Shown: positions 11,922-25,888, counted from the stretch's first letter. The stretch: 64,000 nt of DNA from Octopus bimaculoides (GCF_001194135.2 NC_068989.1:65802923-65866922); one strand, 5' to 3'. Notes: generated by a model from the sequence alone, not told the origin. Translations and numbers: made by a program.

Positions 11922-12588
11922 TACATACATGCATACACTTATCTATACACATACTCAGATGAGTGAATATATATATGCATACATACATGTTTTATGTGTA
12001 TATATGCACATGCATGCAAGTTGATAGATGAATAAAGACAAACACATACACCCACATACACACATAATCACACTCACACACACGCGCACGTACACATGTA
12101 TATAATAGTTTACACATTTCCCTTTACCCTTCTTGCCGTATTTCACTTCTCTACTATTCATTTCCCCTACTATGTATCAGTCCTTATAAGCTTCTCAGTT
12201 TTGCTTCTTTTTGCTGTAACAATCTCCTTTCCATTCTGTATTGTTTTCTCATTTCAGCCATTTAGATTTGAGTATCTTTAAATTGTGCTTTATACAGTAT
12301 ATGGCTTTTATATTTCTTTATATCAGTATTTTTTTACTTCAATATTACGTTGAATCTACTTATAAGGTACATGCACGCAGAGCAAAAGTGTAGTATAGTT
12401 TCGTCCTGCAATACTCAGGTATTAGGCTCAGAGTCCTTTCACCAAAAGTTTTGATATTGTGCCTAAAACAGGAACCATTATATTAAAATAAAGCAAGGCA
12501 ATGTATATTTTATCGCTTCATTTAGTGGCCTTTACTTAATGTTTGGTTGAACATGCTGGAAATAATATACACACATAAATATATGCAT

Positions 12589-12644
<56 letters not shown>

Positions 12645-12726
12645 ATATATATATATATATATATATACATATATGCACATATGTATGTATGTTTGTATGT
12701 GTGTATGTATGTATGTATCTATCTAT

Positions 12727-12761
<35 letters not shown>

Positions 12762-12807
12762 TATATATATGTGTATATATATATGTTTTTCTCCTTGTCT
12801 CCGTATC

Positions 12808-12842
12808 CTTTCTGTTGAAGAGCGTAGCTCGAAACGTCAAAG
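12808..12842 (+). ncRNA. Minimal type I hammerhead-ribozyme-like motif (A6U, extra A after A9) within a short dispersed repeat
   Basis: CTTT-CTGTTGA-A-GAGC(GTA)GCTC-GAAA-CG-TC-AAAG. Stem I is 4 bp, stem II 4 bp, stem III is palindromic ACGT, and the triplet is GUC. Homologous repeat at 52585-52705. Confidence 0.6.
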
Positions 12843-13136
12843 ACTTTCCGTATTCCTGAGCGTCATACTAATACATCCTTTTGTTATTTACACCACCTNN
12901 NNNNNNNNNNNNNNNNNNNNNNNNNNNNNNNNNNNNNNNNNNNNNNNNNNNNNNNNNNNNNNNNNNNNNNNNNNNNNNNNNNNNNNNNNNNNNNNNNNNN
13001 NNNNNNNNNNNNNNNNNNNNNNNNNNNNNNNNNNNNNNNNNNNNNNNNNNNNNNNNNNNNNNNNNNNNNNNNNNNNNNNNNNNNNNNNNNNNNNNNNNNN
13101 NNNNNNNNNNNNNNNNNNNNNNNNNNNNNNNNNNNN

Positions 13137-13176
<40 letters not shown>

Positions 13177-13459
13177 AGTTGAAAGGTAGTTGAAAGACAG
13201 TGCACAAAACTGCACAGAAAATTATGACCGCTTGAATTAGCAACTGCGCACAATCTTTGCGTTAGAAACATGTGTAGGTCGTCGTAACCATATATATATA
13301 TATATATATATATACAGAGAGAGAGAGAGATAGAGAGATACAGAGACAGACAGTCAGACAGACATACAGACAGACAGACAGAGACAGAGACACAGAGAGA
13401 GATAGGCAGACAGAAACAAAGGCAGAGAGTGTGTGTGTGTTTAAGCATAGTATATAAAT

Positions 13460-13722
13460 ATATATTTTATTATACTTCACTGTATCGACCATATTAACAA
13501 AGGTTATTTCATACAGCTGGTCACATAGCGGCAATATGCTTCCTCGCATTCTGGCAGCTTTCGAATGAAGCCACGTGGCGGGCTAAGTGGGTGAAGTCTG
13601 TTGTAGGGTTATACATTGGAACAACGTGAAACGAAGTGTATTGCTCAAGAACACAACGCGAATCGAAACCCATAACTCTGTGATTGTGAATACAGCACCC
13701 TAAATCCTATGCGACGCGCATT
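13460..13722 (-). mobile_element. tRNA-derived SINE (family E)
   Basis: Reverse strand ggatttagggtgctgtattcacaatcacagagttatgggtttcgattcgcgttgtgttcttgagcaatacactt: B-box-like plus CORE-like segment. Related head remnant at about 20065-20105. Confidence 0.65.
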
Positions 13723-14796
13723 CACGTATATAATATATATATAAATGTTGCGTAGGTGTGGGTGGGTGAGATGTACACAAACACACACACACACATTTAT
13801 ACATATGTATATATGTAGGTAGGTAGGTATATGCATTTACATACCTATCTGCATGCGTGTATGTATGCATATATGTAATATATATATATATATATANNNN
13901 NNNNNNNNNNNNNNNNNNNNNNNNNNNNNNNNNNNNNNNNNNNNNNNNNNNNNNNNNNNNNNNNNNNNNNNNNNNNNNNNNNNNNNNNNNNNNNNNNNNN
14001 NNNNNNNNNNNNNNNNNNNNNNNNNNNNNNNNNNNNNNNNNNNNNNNNNNNNNNNNNNNNNNNNNNNNNNNNNNNNNNNNNNNNNNNNNNNNNNNNNNNN
14101 NNNNNNNNNNNNNNNNNNNNNNNNNNNNNNNNNNNNNNNNNNNNNNNNNNNNNNNNNNNNNNNNNNNNNNNNNNNNNNNNNNNNNNNNNNNNNNNNNNNN
14201 NNNNNNNNNNNNNNNNNNNNNNNNNNNNNNNNNNNNNNNNNNNNNNNNNNNNNNNNNNNNNNNNNNNNNNNNNNNNNNNNNNNNNNNNNNNNNNNNNNNN
14301 NNNNNNNNNNNNNNNNNNNNNNNNNNNNNNNNNNNNNNNNNNNNNNNNNNNNNNNNNNNNNNNNNNNNNNNNNNNNNNNNNNNNNNNNNNNNNNNNNNNN
14401 NNNNNNNNNNNNNNNNNNNNNNNNNNNNNNNNNNNNNNNNNNNNNNNNNNNNNNNNNNNNNNNNNNNNNNNNNNNNNNNNNNNNNNNNNNNNNNNNNNNN
14501 NNNNNNNNNNNNNNNNNNNNNNNNNNNNNNNNNNNNNNNNNNNNNNNNNNNNNNNNNNNNNNNNNNNNNNNNNNNNNNNNNNNNNNNNNNNNNNNNNNNN
14601 NNNNNNNNNNNNNNNNNNNNNNNNNNNNNNNNNNNNNNNNNNNNNNNNNNNNNNNNNNNNNNNNNNNNNNNNNNNNNNNNNNNNNNNNNNNNNNNNNNNN
14701 NNNNNNNNNNNNNNNNNNNNNNNNNNNNNNNNNNNNNNNNNNNNNNNNNNNNNNNNNNNNNNNNNNNNNNNNNNNNNNNNNNNNNNNNNNNNNNNN

Positions 14797-14840
<44 letters not shown>

Positions 14841-15929
14841 TGTATAAGTGTGCGTGTGTCAGTGTATACATGCATACGTAAGTTTGTATTTATATATATA
14901 TATATTTATGTATAACGAATGTCTATAAAAAAGTAATATTTAAAGCCAAAGTATTCACATCAAAGATTCGTTGCTATTAAAAATAGACAGTATATATGTA
15001 AGGATTTGTTCATCAAATTTTTCCCGGTGTAAACTGAACATACATCCAAACATATCCACACACAACACCACAGGTCGATACACATGCCCACATATGCACA
15101 GACATAATGTGAGAAGTAATTGAAAGAAGTGATTCAGAGTGAGAGAGAGAGAGAGAAAGAAAACAGCAAAGAGAGAAAGTAAATACATAGATTCAAACAT
15201 GGATGAGAATGTGATTTCGAGTTGTTTTCCATTAAATTCAATGCGCCATAACAGATATTAGTTTAACAACAAAGCAATGAGTAATGGAATGAGAGGGGTA
15301 AGAAACAAAAACAAAAAGAAAAGAAAAGAAAAGAAAAAGGCATGAATTGTTTAACTTTCAGTAAAATGAAGCCCTGTTAACTAGCGCAAAGTTAATGAGA
15401 AATAAGAAACGTATTGTTTGTGATTAAAAAAAAAAATCTATTGTGTTTTTGTGTTCCAAATGAAAGCATCCCCGCGGCATCTCCTATAGCTTTTTTTCTC
15501 TAAATGTATTTATGTACATGTATATTTTTTCAATAAAACTCATTATAATATAATTTTATAGCCCAATAAGCAGTTGTTTTCTATTATGTTAAACATAATT
15601 ATAATCTAACAAACCTGAAAATATATTACGGCACTTTCGTTGAAGAATACTCTGCTTTACACGAATATGTACCCTCGCATAGACATATACAAGCACATGT
15701 ATAATCTATCTTTATGCCCGAGTCTGTTTATCCAGTTACATTCACACACACATACATATATGTGTATATATGTGTTTTAAAGTATATTGATATTTCTATT
15801 TTTATATACGTAGATACATATATAAATAAATATATCATATATCTATAATAAACATATTTGTGTGTGTGTGCATATACATATTATATTATATTATATCATA
15901 TTATGATATATATTACATATACAGCTTTC

Positions 15930-16225
15930 AACCGTCGGTTGGTAAAATGGTTAACAGCCCGAGGCAGAACGCAATGGTGAGTCCAGTTCGTCTAGCCGCG
16001 CTCTTGAGTTCAAATGACGTGTTTTATCCGCCCCCAATCCACTCCCAATCTTCTCCTTCATTCTCTCTAAATTCTACCTGCAACACAAAGTTACAGCCTA
16101 TCGCACTGTGTCACCTGATTTAACCTGACATTTGCTTAAAGGGTACACGTAGCTGTTGAATAATCAACAGTTTACTCAGTTAATTTCACAAGTAGAAAGT
16201 TAGATGGTCGTGCATCGTCGAAATT
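15930..16225 (+). mobile_element. Degenerate copy of SINE family C
   Basis: cagcctatcgcactgtgtcac..ttaaagggtacacgt..gttaatttcacaag aligns to 46183-46275. Confidence 0.55.
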
Positions 16226-17239
16226 GGTGGAGAATCTACCACATAGTTCTTTTTTTCTTTCTGTTATTCTGTGTGTCAGGAGAACAAGCAAGAGGAATGC
16301 AATGTGAAGCTGAATGCACTTCATCGAAATTCAAAGATTTAGTTTTATCTCTTATCCGAATGACTAATTATTTGATAATGAATCGCAAATAACTTCTCGT
16401 TTATTTTCACGCATAACAAACTTATAAAAAAAAAACTATACTGAAACTCACGAAAACTACATTACATTATTACAAAATCTCACTTGAAAACAATACTCCC
16501 ATTCCTGTGCTAAACGAAACCCGGTTCCACTTTAACTTGCTAATTTCCAAGTATCAAGTATTACTGGCCTATTAGAAAAAGATTAAAGATTGTTGTTAAA
16601 ATTGGTCTAGTCTTTCATAATAGATTAGCAAACAGAAAATAAAAGTAAATTATTAAAGGCTGTTATCTTGTTCGAAAAAACGTCGATAGACTCCAATTAA
16701 TCCTCTTTCCATCTCATACAGAAAAACAGCAGCTAAACCTCTAGAATGAGTAAAAGCTAGCGTGGAAAATATCCTTTCCTTGCCCATGGAGGCTCCCATC
16801 CCTAATTTAAACTAGTGTTACTGAACAATGTCCATCCTCACTAAACCCACATCCAACAAACTGGGACATACTGAAGCAGTCAGTTCATCTCTTTTAATAA
16901 TTATTACGTCACCGCAAACCGTATGCAAACACATTTCAACTGATTTATCACATTTTCTCTGTCCCATTGTAACCCTATGTCAATCTAACCCCTCTCTTTT
17001 GATAACACGTGGAGACATTCCAATTTATTTTCTTCTCAACTTGTGTAAAAACACCGTCTCTGAATTCAACAATGCTCAGTGCTGCACTGAACAGTGACCT
17101 CTGATCTGTTTCTCATGGCACTCTCCATTCCATCCATTCCAACTACAGATACAGCACATTATCTTTTCTTCATTACATACTTCATTTATGGTTATAATAA
17201 CGAAATTTATCATACCATTACATTTCCAACGATATTCTT

Positions 17240-17500
17240 CGTGGGTACGCGCTGCTTAACGAATCAGAGCCATCCTCCGCATGCGCCGGCACGAACATAT
17301 CCTCCTCTGCCTTCCACCAGATCATCCCACAAGGTCCGTACGCCGCAGCTGCTGCCGGCTCAAAGGGATCCCGAGGCAAGCCCCGTACAAGGTGGTTGGA
17401 CGCTCTCCAGAAGCTCGACATCACATTGACCTGGTCGGCTTTACACGTGGTGACACCTCTGGGACCGCTAACCTAGAATGAACCCAGCCACATCGAACGA
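17240..17500 (+). mobile_element. RTE-like LINE C-terminal fragment
   Basis: RRHEHILLCLPPDHPTR, then after a frameshift AAAGSKGSRGKPRTRWLDALQKLDITL. This matches the RW.GH.LR / R.RG.P..RW.D pattern; GC-rich island. Confidence 0.75.
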
Positions 17501-18964
17501 GAGCATGGAGAGAGAGATAGACAGACAGACAGAGAAAGATAGAGTCAGAGAGAAAGAGAGGGACAGAAAGAGATAGTGAGAAAGAGAGGGAAATAATGAG
17601 AGAGAAAGAAAGAGAGAGAGAGATGTCATCCACACAGATAAAATTTCCAGCATCTGTTGCTATATGCCACACGTAGTAAATCTACAACGATGCTCACTCC
17701 TTAGGACTAGATGTACAGGGTACGCCGTCCCCGCCCCAACATTCATCAACTTGTTAAACGTTGTTTAAGCAATAAACGAACGATGTACAACTGTTTACAT
17801 CACAGTGGTAATTACTATATACAATAAAACATTAGCTAAATGGGATACCGATATCATCTGCCTAACTTCATTAATGCCACATCAGTGATCGGGTAAAAAA
17901 CGCAAGTTTCTCAGTTGTATCCTGTATAATTAAGAAAACAGCAACATATCATAGCATTTACAAAAAATATTGCGACCTATATGTATCCAATAAGGACAGT
18001 GTATCCAATCCTGCTCTTTATACCCTCAGGTACAACCACTAGCGAAACACCACTGTATAGAGATGCCGTTTGGGTATCTTCGTTGAACAGAAGAATTTAA
18101 AAACAAAAAATAGTAGTAATAAAAGCAAGTGGAACAACCTTATCCTGCAGTATAGCTACAAATAAAAACATTGCATATATCAATCATACACGAAACAAAA
18201 TGATGCAACAACATTATAAGTCAATTTGCGCTCTGCTGTCATTTCCATGCTCAAAAGAGAACCGTTAATAAAAAATCATGACTATAATACTAATCTTCGG
18301 CAACATGACACACAGTTAACTTTTTTTATCATTTTAATTAGGAGAGTGTGGCAGAAGGACATATCTTCAAATCGGAAAAACCTAAGCCGAAGGATTGCAA
18401 CAGAGTGGACTCCGCCAAGTGTTAGGTGGTAGGTATTAAGTCGAGCGACTTGTTAAATTTTGGCTTTATAAGCAATCCTACTTAATGCACCGTACATCAA
18501 GTTATCCGTATATGCACAGAAATACAAGATGCAACAAAGAAAAATGTGAAAATAGACAATACATAAACAAATGTCAAATATATTTCAAAATATCAGGCAA
18601 ACACGGTTAATAAGTTTCGCTTACGAGCCTAATCTCATAACACGAGAAACAAATGTAAACCTAATCCCATAACGGAAAGATCATTTGCGTGAAAGACACA
18701 ACACGTGCATGCACGGATACATAGATATATGAATACATGCACACATACACACATACATACAAAAAAAATGTACTTACACAGGCATACATAGGTACGTAGG
18801 TACATAGGTACTACATGTATATACACCTACACACATACATACAGTTACATACATACATGCATACAAACATACATACATACATACATACATACATACATAC
18901 ATACATACATACATACAGACATGGTTGCAGAACAGAAACATTTCAGTTGGTGGGGGGGGGGTTC

Positions 18965-19345
18965 TATCCTAACCAAGACCCATCTCAAAAACTACCATTA
19001 TTCTCGTTCCTCATGTAGGCCGAAGTAAAAGAAAATTATACATGGTTCTGTACATGTTCATCCTGGGAAAACAAAGCATCGAAATGCAGGCTCTGGCGCT
19101 AGTCATGCTTCTCCTTAGTTCAAACATTTGAGCAAAGTTGACACCAACATCGGGGCAAAATCGTACGCGCACGAAGCCACGCTGCTAAAAGGCCACTGCT
19201 CAAAATAGAAAGCTTACCTGCCATTGTGGTTTTGTAGTAAATTATCCACAAGCACTCGAGCAAACTGGTTCCCCAACTTGTTCCGTTAGCCCAAAAATTT
19301 GGAAGGCATCAGCACGCCTCAAGAGACACATGCGTGTCCATAGAA
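18965..19345 (+). mobile_element. RTE-like LINE C-terminus with C2H2 zinc-finger remnant
   Basis: SSWENKASKCRLWR*SCFSLVQTFEQS (WE..A.DR..WR pattern), then in another frame PTCSVSPKIWKASARLKRHMRVHRT*. Confidence 0.72.
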
Positions 19346-19405
19346 CATGATTACTGCTTTATTTTACTGATCCCACATTTGTCGTTTAAGAACAGAGAAA
19401 GTATC

Positions 19406-19442
<37 letters not shown>

Positions 19443-20199
19443 ATCAAAATAAGCAACAAGGATATCCAAAATTAATGCAGTNNNNNNNNNNNNNNNNNNN
19501 NNNNNNNNNNNNNNNNNNNNNNNNNNNNNNNNNNNNNNNNNNNNNNNNNNNNNNNNNNNNNNNNNNNNNNNNNNNNNNNNNNNNNNNNNNNNNNNNNNNN
19601 NNNNNNNNNNNNNNNNNNNNNNNNNNNNNNNNNNNNNNNNNNNNNNNNNNNNNNNNNNNNNNNNNNNNNNNNNNNNNNNNNNNNNNNNNNNNNNNNNNNN
19701 NNNNNNNNNNNNNNNNNNNNNNNNNNNNNNNNNNNNNNNNNNNNNNNNNNNNNNNNNNNNNNNNNNNNNNNNNNNNNNNNNNNNNNNNNNNNNNNNNNNN
19801 NNNNNNNNNNNNNNNNNNNNNNNNNNNNNNNNNNNNNNNNNNNNNNNNNNNNNNNNNNNNNNNNNNNNNNNNNNNNNNNNNNNNNNNNNNNNNNNATATG
19901 GCAGACTCTCCCGTCGAAGACGACGTATAAGTGTTCGAGTTTTGCCGAACTACCTGCACAAATGGTTTGTTTATACCGATCAAATAATCGTGCCGCATAT
20001 TAGATCACTCTACATTAACTCGACGCTGTATGGATAGGTACACGGTGCACCACGCGCCAGTAGTCGAAGTGATCGCAGAGCAACACCCTAACCACCAGGC
20101 CATGCACCATCACACACACACACACACACACACTCACACCCACACACACACACTCACACACACACACACATATGTATATACATATAATGTACGCATAGG

Positions 20200-20430
20200 T
20201 ATATGTGTGTCGGTTTGTGTCTCCCTATTTTCTCACCACTCGATATCTGTAAAACGAGCGTCACCGTCATGCATGTGGTGTTTTTATTTCTCTCTTCCAG
20301 AAAATATGTGATGGAGAAATATTACTTTGCTCGGATACAAATGGATGTTGGCAAAAGTAACTGCATCCGGCTGTAGAAAATCTGCTTCAACGAATCTACC
20401 ATGCAAGCGTGGAATTGTGGACGTTACAAT
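20200..20430 (+). mobile_element. SINE-like element (family F) 3' part
   Basis: gcatccggctgtagaaaatctgcttcaac..ccatgcaagcgtgga..ggacgttacaatg runs straight into a (GGT)/(GAT) tail, the layout of a retroposon with a simple-repeat tail. No second copy in the window. Confidence 0.5.
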
Positions 20431-20455
20431 GGTGGTGGTGGTGGTGATGATGATG

Positions 20456-20526
<71 letters not shown>

Positions 20527-20584
20527 CAGCAGCAGCAGTAGGAAGAGGAGGAGGAAGAAGACGATGTTGAGGATGATGATACTG

Positions 20585-20626
<42 letters not shown>

Positions 20627-20665
20627 CTGATGACAACGACGATGATGATGAAGACGGGGATGATG
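20430..20665. repeat. Compound triplet array (GGT)(GAT)(TAG)(CAG)(GAG)(GAT)
   Basis: Direct reading; explains the poly-S/H/Y/L/M ORFs. Confidence 0.97.
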
Positions 20666-21702
20666 GACATAATATAAAGCCACATATACGTGATTTCACC
20701 GTAAAGTATTTGAACACAACGAATCTTAGTATTTTATTTATCTTTTATGTTTTTTTTTTTAGTTTTAGTCTTTTTGGTATGAAACCTTTTTATCAAAACT
20801 TCTTTTTCTTTTCTTAGATTATAGATATATGTCTGAGTAGAAATATTTTAAATATACATTAATTTGTTATGTAAAATAAAATTTAAAAAAAAACAGCATT
20901 TCCTCACAAATAATATTCTATAAAAATAATTAGAGATAAAACTATAAAGAACAGTTTTGTGAATTAATTGCCACACATAGCTGATAATTAATCAATCATC
21001 AACATCATGATATTTCGTTTCAATATTATTTTGTCTTTCTTCCATTCTTTCGTACTGGTTTTTTGTTAGTGAGCCAGCAACTCTACAAGACAGTAAATCT
21101 ATAAATAGTCGCGTTTAATTTTTTCACGTGACTACGTAATATAAGATGAGTAATAACAACACTGTTGCAACATTCAGTGTGCCAAACGTCAATGGTATTA
21201 TCTGTACGTGACAGGTCATTTTGCAAACCTCATATATATATTTAAGCGTCGTATTGTAAATCTTTGCTTTCTAAATTTTATGTGGTTTTAATATAATCTA
21301 AAAAAAATCTACAAATAAATTTTATTGTATTGGAGCTTGATTGATCTGAAAGTTTTATACTTACAAAATTACATTAAACAGCAATGAAAAACCACATCAC
21401 TTTTCAAAATAATGAGTATACTAAAACTTTACGTTTAAATAATTTTTTTTCTATCACAAGTCCTTTTGATAAAGTTGTAGCACTAAACAGATATGTATAC
21501 ATATATCCATCGATACGCACACGCACATAATACATACATACACATACACATATACATACATACATACATACATACATACATACATACATACATACACGCG
21601 CACGAATGCACAAAGTTTAACGAGGAAAAGTTGGACTTCGAAGTTTCGGTTTATAATGCGTCTTCAGACGGTTCATGTGATGTGAATATGGAAAACTGTA
21701 AA

Positions 21703-21740
<38 letters not shown>

Positions 21741-23452
21741 CTGTGTCCGTGACTATTCGCGCGTGTCTCTGTGTATGTGTTTGTTTGTGTGTGTGTATGT
21801 TTGTATGTGTTTGGTGGTGTGTGTGCGCGCGCGTATGCGTGTTTGTGCGTATGTATTTGTGTGTGAGGGTGAAATGTGTGTATGTATTTGTGTGTGAAGG
21901 CGAGTAACCCAAAACTTTGAATTAACTCTCAATTTGTTCTTACAAAATATTGAGTAATTCTTGAGTTCAATTTTGAATTGTTTTCTGTATATCTTCATAG
22001 AAAAAGAAAGATTAATATATGCGCGTGTGTATACATACACACATGTGTCTCTTTGTCTGCCTGTAAATATGTATCTTATAACGATGACTATGTGTTCATA
22101 TGTGTGAGTGGGGGATCGAAAAATTTCACCCGTTTATCATACACGATACCTAAAAAACACAAACTGATGTAATTTCCACTTCCCAGTAATAACTTCCAGT
22201 ACAAAACAGCGTCTCATCAACATGCCGAAACTTGCGACTGAAGCATGGGTTTTTGCTTCTTCAATCTAACACTGCCTTAATTGAGGTATGTTGGCTTCCT
22301 GTCAATGGTCTTATAATTTGTTGAATTATATTGTAGTTGAAATTAATATATTTTGTAAGAGTATGAAAAACACTACGTTAAATAATGGACATAGAAACGA
22401 TTCATTTCACTTTTAAAATGAATTCATAATAGGTTTGTTTCGTTTTTATACACTTTTATATGCTTTTACATGATTTATAGTCGCGTGATATCTATACGTT
22501 TACATAGATAATAGAACAATTGCATTGCAGCTACTGTAAACAATCATTTTATCACTAAGCACTTTTACTTCACGGTTTGATAAACATATGCAATAATTCA
22601 GTTTGTTGAGGACACAGTATGTTATAGAAAAGGCTATAGAATTTAATAGAAATGAAAAAGTAAATAACAATTGACATTTTATACGGGTATAGTTGATCAA
22701 CTTTTCCCACTGTCCTTAAATGCTGGTATTGATGTAATGAACTGTCCAATCTGTTCGTTCAGCCACCTATTCTAAAACTGTGAAATAGAAACTGTAGCAG
22801 GAAGGAAGAGGAAAAGATAAAGAGCGATAGAAAATTATTGCTTATTTTGAATTTTGCTGAAACAGGAAACTAGTACATGGATATTCATCCCGCCAAAAGA
22901 ATTAAATAAACTTCTTGCAAATTCCAATCTTCCTTTTATATCAACCTCGGTCCTGAAACCGCTTCTAGTTCTATAGAACAAAGTTCCTGTTTTTAGGGTG
23001 ACTAAATGAAAACCCATCGAAATTCCATATTAACTTTTTTCCCCCAAAACTAGCTTAATAATTACTAAGTTGTTTTACTAAATTCAGTATTTCGAAACTG
23101 GAATTAATTAATTTATATTCATTAATTCATTTAACTGAAACAAGGACAGTGTATTTCAATAATAATATGACAAGAAAACAGCTTAATATTCTATATCCAG
23201 CAATAAAGTCCTAGATATGCAAAGAACAGGATTGTCAAAACTGGAGCGACTTTATTATGATTTTTTCGATTACATCTAATCTGGGACGACATTACAAGAC
23301 AAAGATTTACTTCCAGCCAAAAAAAAAGAAGAAAAACTTCGCGAAGGCGCGTTACATGAAACTTTAAATTTAAAAATGAATATCCGTATACACGAGGATA
23401 CGACAACATGCGTATATATACACACACTGACACTCACACGTACACACACATA

Positions 23453-23844
23453 TTTACTCTTTTACTCTTTTAGTTATTTCAGTCATTTGACTGTGGCCAT
23501 GCTGGAGCACCGCCTTTAGTCGAGCAAATCGACTCTCAGACTTATTCTTTGTAAGCCTAGTACTTATATTCTATCGGTCTATTTTGCCGAACCGCTAAGA
23601 TACGGGGACGTATGTTGGGGGGACAAACACAGACACGCAAACATATACACACACATACAAACACATATACTTACATACATATAACGGGCTTCTTTCAGGT
23701 TCCGTCTACCAAATCCACTCACAAGGGTTTGGTCGGCCCGAGGCTATAGTAGAAGACACTTGCCCAAGGTGCCACGCAGTGGGACTGAACTCGGAACCAT
23801 GCGGTTCGTAAGCAAGCTACTTACCACACAGCCACTCCTACGCC
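23453..23844 (-). mobile_element. SINE family B, full-length young copy
   Basis: Reverse strand: A box tggctgtgtgg, B box gagttcagtccc, CORE-like gtggcaccttgggcaagtg, internal (TG/TA)n, 3' tail (agagtaaa)n. Confidence 0.95.
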
Positions 23845-23854
23845 TATGTATATG

Positions 23855-24252
23855 TTTTCTTTTACTTGTTTCGGTCATTAGACCGAGGCCATTCTGGGTC
23901 ACTGCCTAGTTACAGTCATTAGACTGCAGCCATGCTAAATAACTATTTCGAAGGTATATTCGAAGAAATCAAACATCAGTACTTGCTCCTCAGAGCTTGG
24001 TGCGCATATTATATTGGGTTCTATTTGACGAACCGATAGGTTACATGCACATAAGCAAACTGACAACAGTTGTCAAGAGGTCGCGAAGGGGACAAATAAA
24101 ATGACGAAAACACACACACACATCTACTAAATCGACTCACAGGTGTGTGGTTGGCCCTGCGATGATATAGGAGACAATTGCCCAAAGTGATATGGGATTG
24201 AAACCGGAACCGCATGGCTAGGAAGCAAGCATCTTAATCACACAACCACGTA
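23855..24252 (-). mobile_element. SINE family B, older copy
   Basis: Same order of segments as 23453-23844 with more substitutions. Confidence 0.7.
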
Positions 24253-24364
24253 TTTTAGACAAATGTGGAACAAAAGAGAAAGATGATAATTTCGTCGCGA
24301 TAGGGAGGATGCATGAACCGCTGCGGATATGGCTTTGTATTCATGCGCACATATATACCCAGAT

Positions 24365-24571
24365 ATAAGTGGCTATATGGTAGAAGTTTGCTTCCCAACC
24401 ACATGGTTCCAGGTTCTACCTCACTGAGTGAGACTTTAGGCACGGGATTTCTACTATTAACCTCGAGCCGACATTAGCCTAGTGAGTGGTTTTGGTAGAT
24501 GGAAACTAAAAGAAGCCCATCGTGTGTGAATATATGCGTGTGTGTGTGTATGTGTATATATATATATATAC

Positions 24572-24615
<44 letters not shown>
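24365..24615 (+). mobile_element. SINE family B, 5' half running into microsatellite and gap
   Basis: gtggctatatggtagaagtttgcttcccaaccacatggttccaggttc..gtagatggaaactaaaagaagcccatcg then (TA/TG)n. Confidence 0.85.
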
Positions 24616-25026
24616 NNNNNNNNNNNNNNNNNNNNNNNNNNNNNNNNNNNNNNNNNNNNNNNNNNNNNNNNNNNNNNNNNNNNNNNNNNNNNNNNNNNNN
24701 NNNNNNNNNNNNNNNNNNNNNNNNNNNNNNNNNNNNNNNNNNNNNNNNNNNNNNNNNNNNNNNNNNNNNNNNNNNNNNNNNNNNNNNNNNNNNNNNNNNN
24801 NNNNNNNNNNNNNNNNNNNNNNNNNNNNNNNNNNNNNNNNNNNNNNNNNNNNNNNNNNNNNNNNNNNNNNNNNNNNNNNNNNNNNNNNNNNNNNNNNNNN
24901 NNNNNNNNNNNNNNNNNNNNNNNNNNNNNNNNNNNNNNNNNNNNNNNNNNNNNNNNNNNNNNNNATATACATACAAACATATTCATACATTTATAAATAT
25001 TTACATATATGTATATTTATACATGC

Positions 25027-25087
<61 letters not shown>

Positions 25088-25813
25088 CAGCTGTATGAAT
25101 GTGTGTACATGTATATATGTAAGAATGCATACAGGTATTAGAGGAGGGTGAAAACAGCGTGTAAAATGACTGTCCAATCTATGACGTCATAATGGCAGCC
25201 AGAGAACCATTTTAGTGGTAGTATTTGAGCTACTATATATAAAGTGCTTATAACGCGAGGTATGAATAAGTAGATTCAAAGTCAAACAATGGAGTAAAAT
25301 AGATATTTCAAGATTTTACATTTCATATGTCACATACTACTGAGAGTTGCGTCACTAAAAGCAAAGGTGTATGTGTGTGAGTACAGTTTTGTTTGGCGTG
25401 TATTTGGCGTGTGTATGTGTGTGTGTCTTTGCATGTGCACGTGTGTGTGTGACCATGTGTATGTGCGTACGTTACGTGTACAAGCGGGAGTGAATGCATG
25501 TGCTCGCGTGCGTGCAGTTGTACAATCGATCTCATTTGAATATGTACACGGTTATAACTTTCTACCTGTTTATATATAATAACCACCTTCTCATGAAAAT
25601 TTCTTGTATTTTATATAAGCTTTAAAATGTCACACAATTCGTTGCGTGTGTACGGACACACGAAAACGCACAGATATAGATACAGATATATGTACGTATA
25701 TGTATACACATACACACACATACACATAAATATAAACATATATATATGCACCCTGTATATACTGATACAGAGAGAGAGGGGGAAGGGAGAGAGAGAGAGG
25801 GAGGGAGGGAGAT

Positions 25814-25888
<75 letters not shown>

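Noticed and set aside
22850-22930. Peptide IPPKELNKLLAN weakly recalling Crypton/DUF3504 proteins
   Set aside because: Too short, with no further motifs and stops on both sides.
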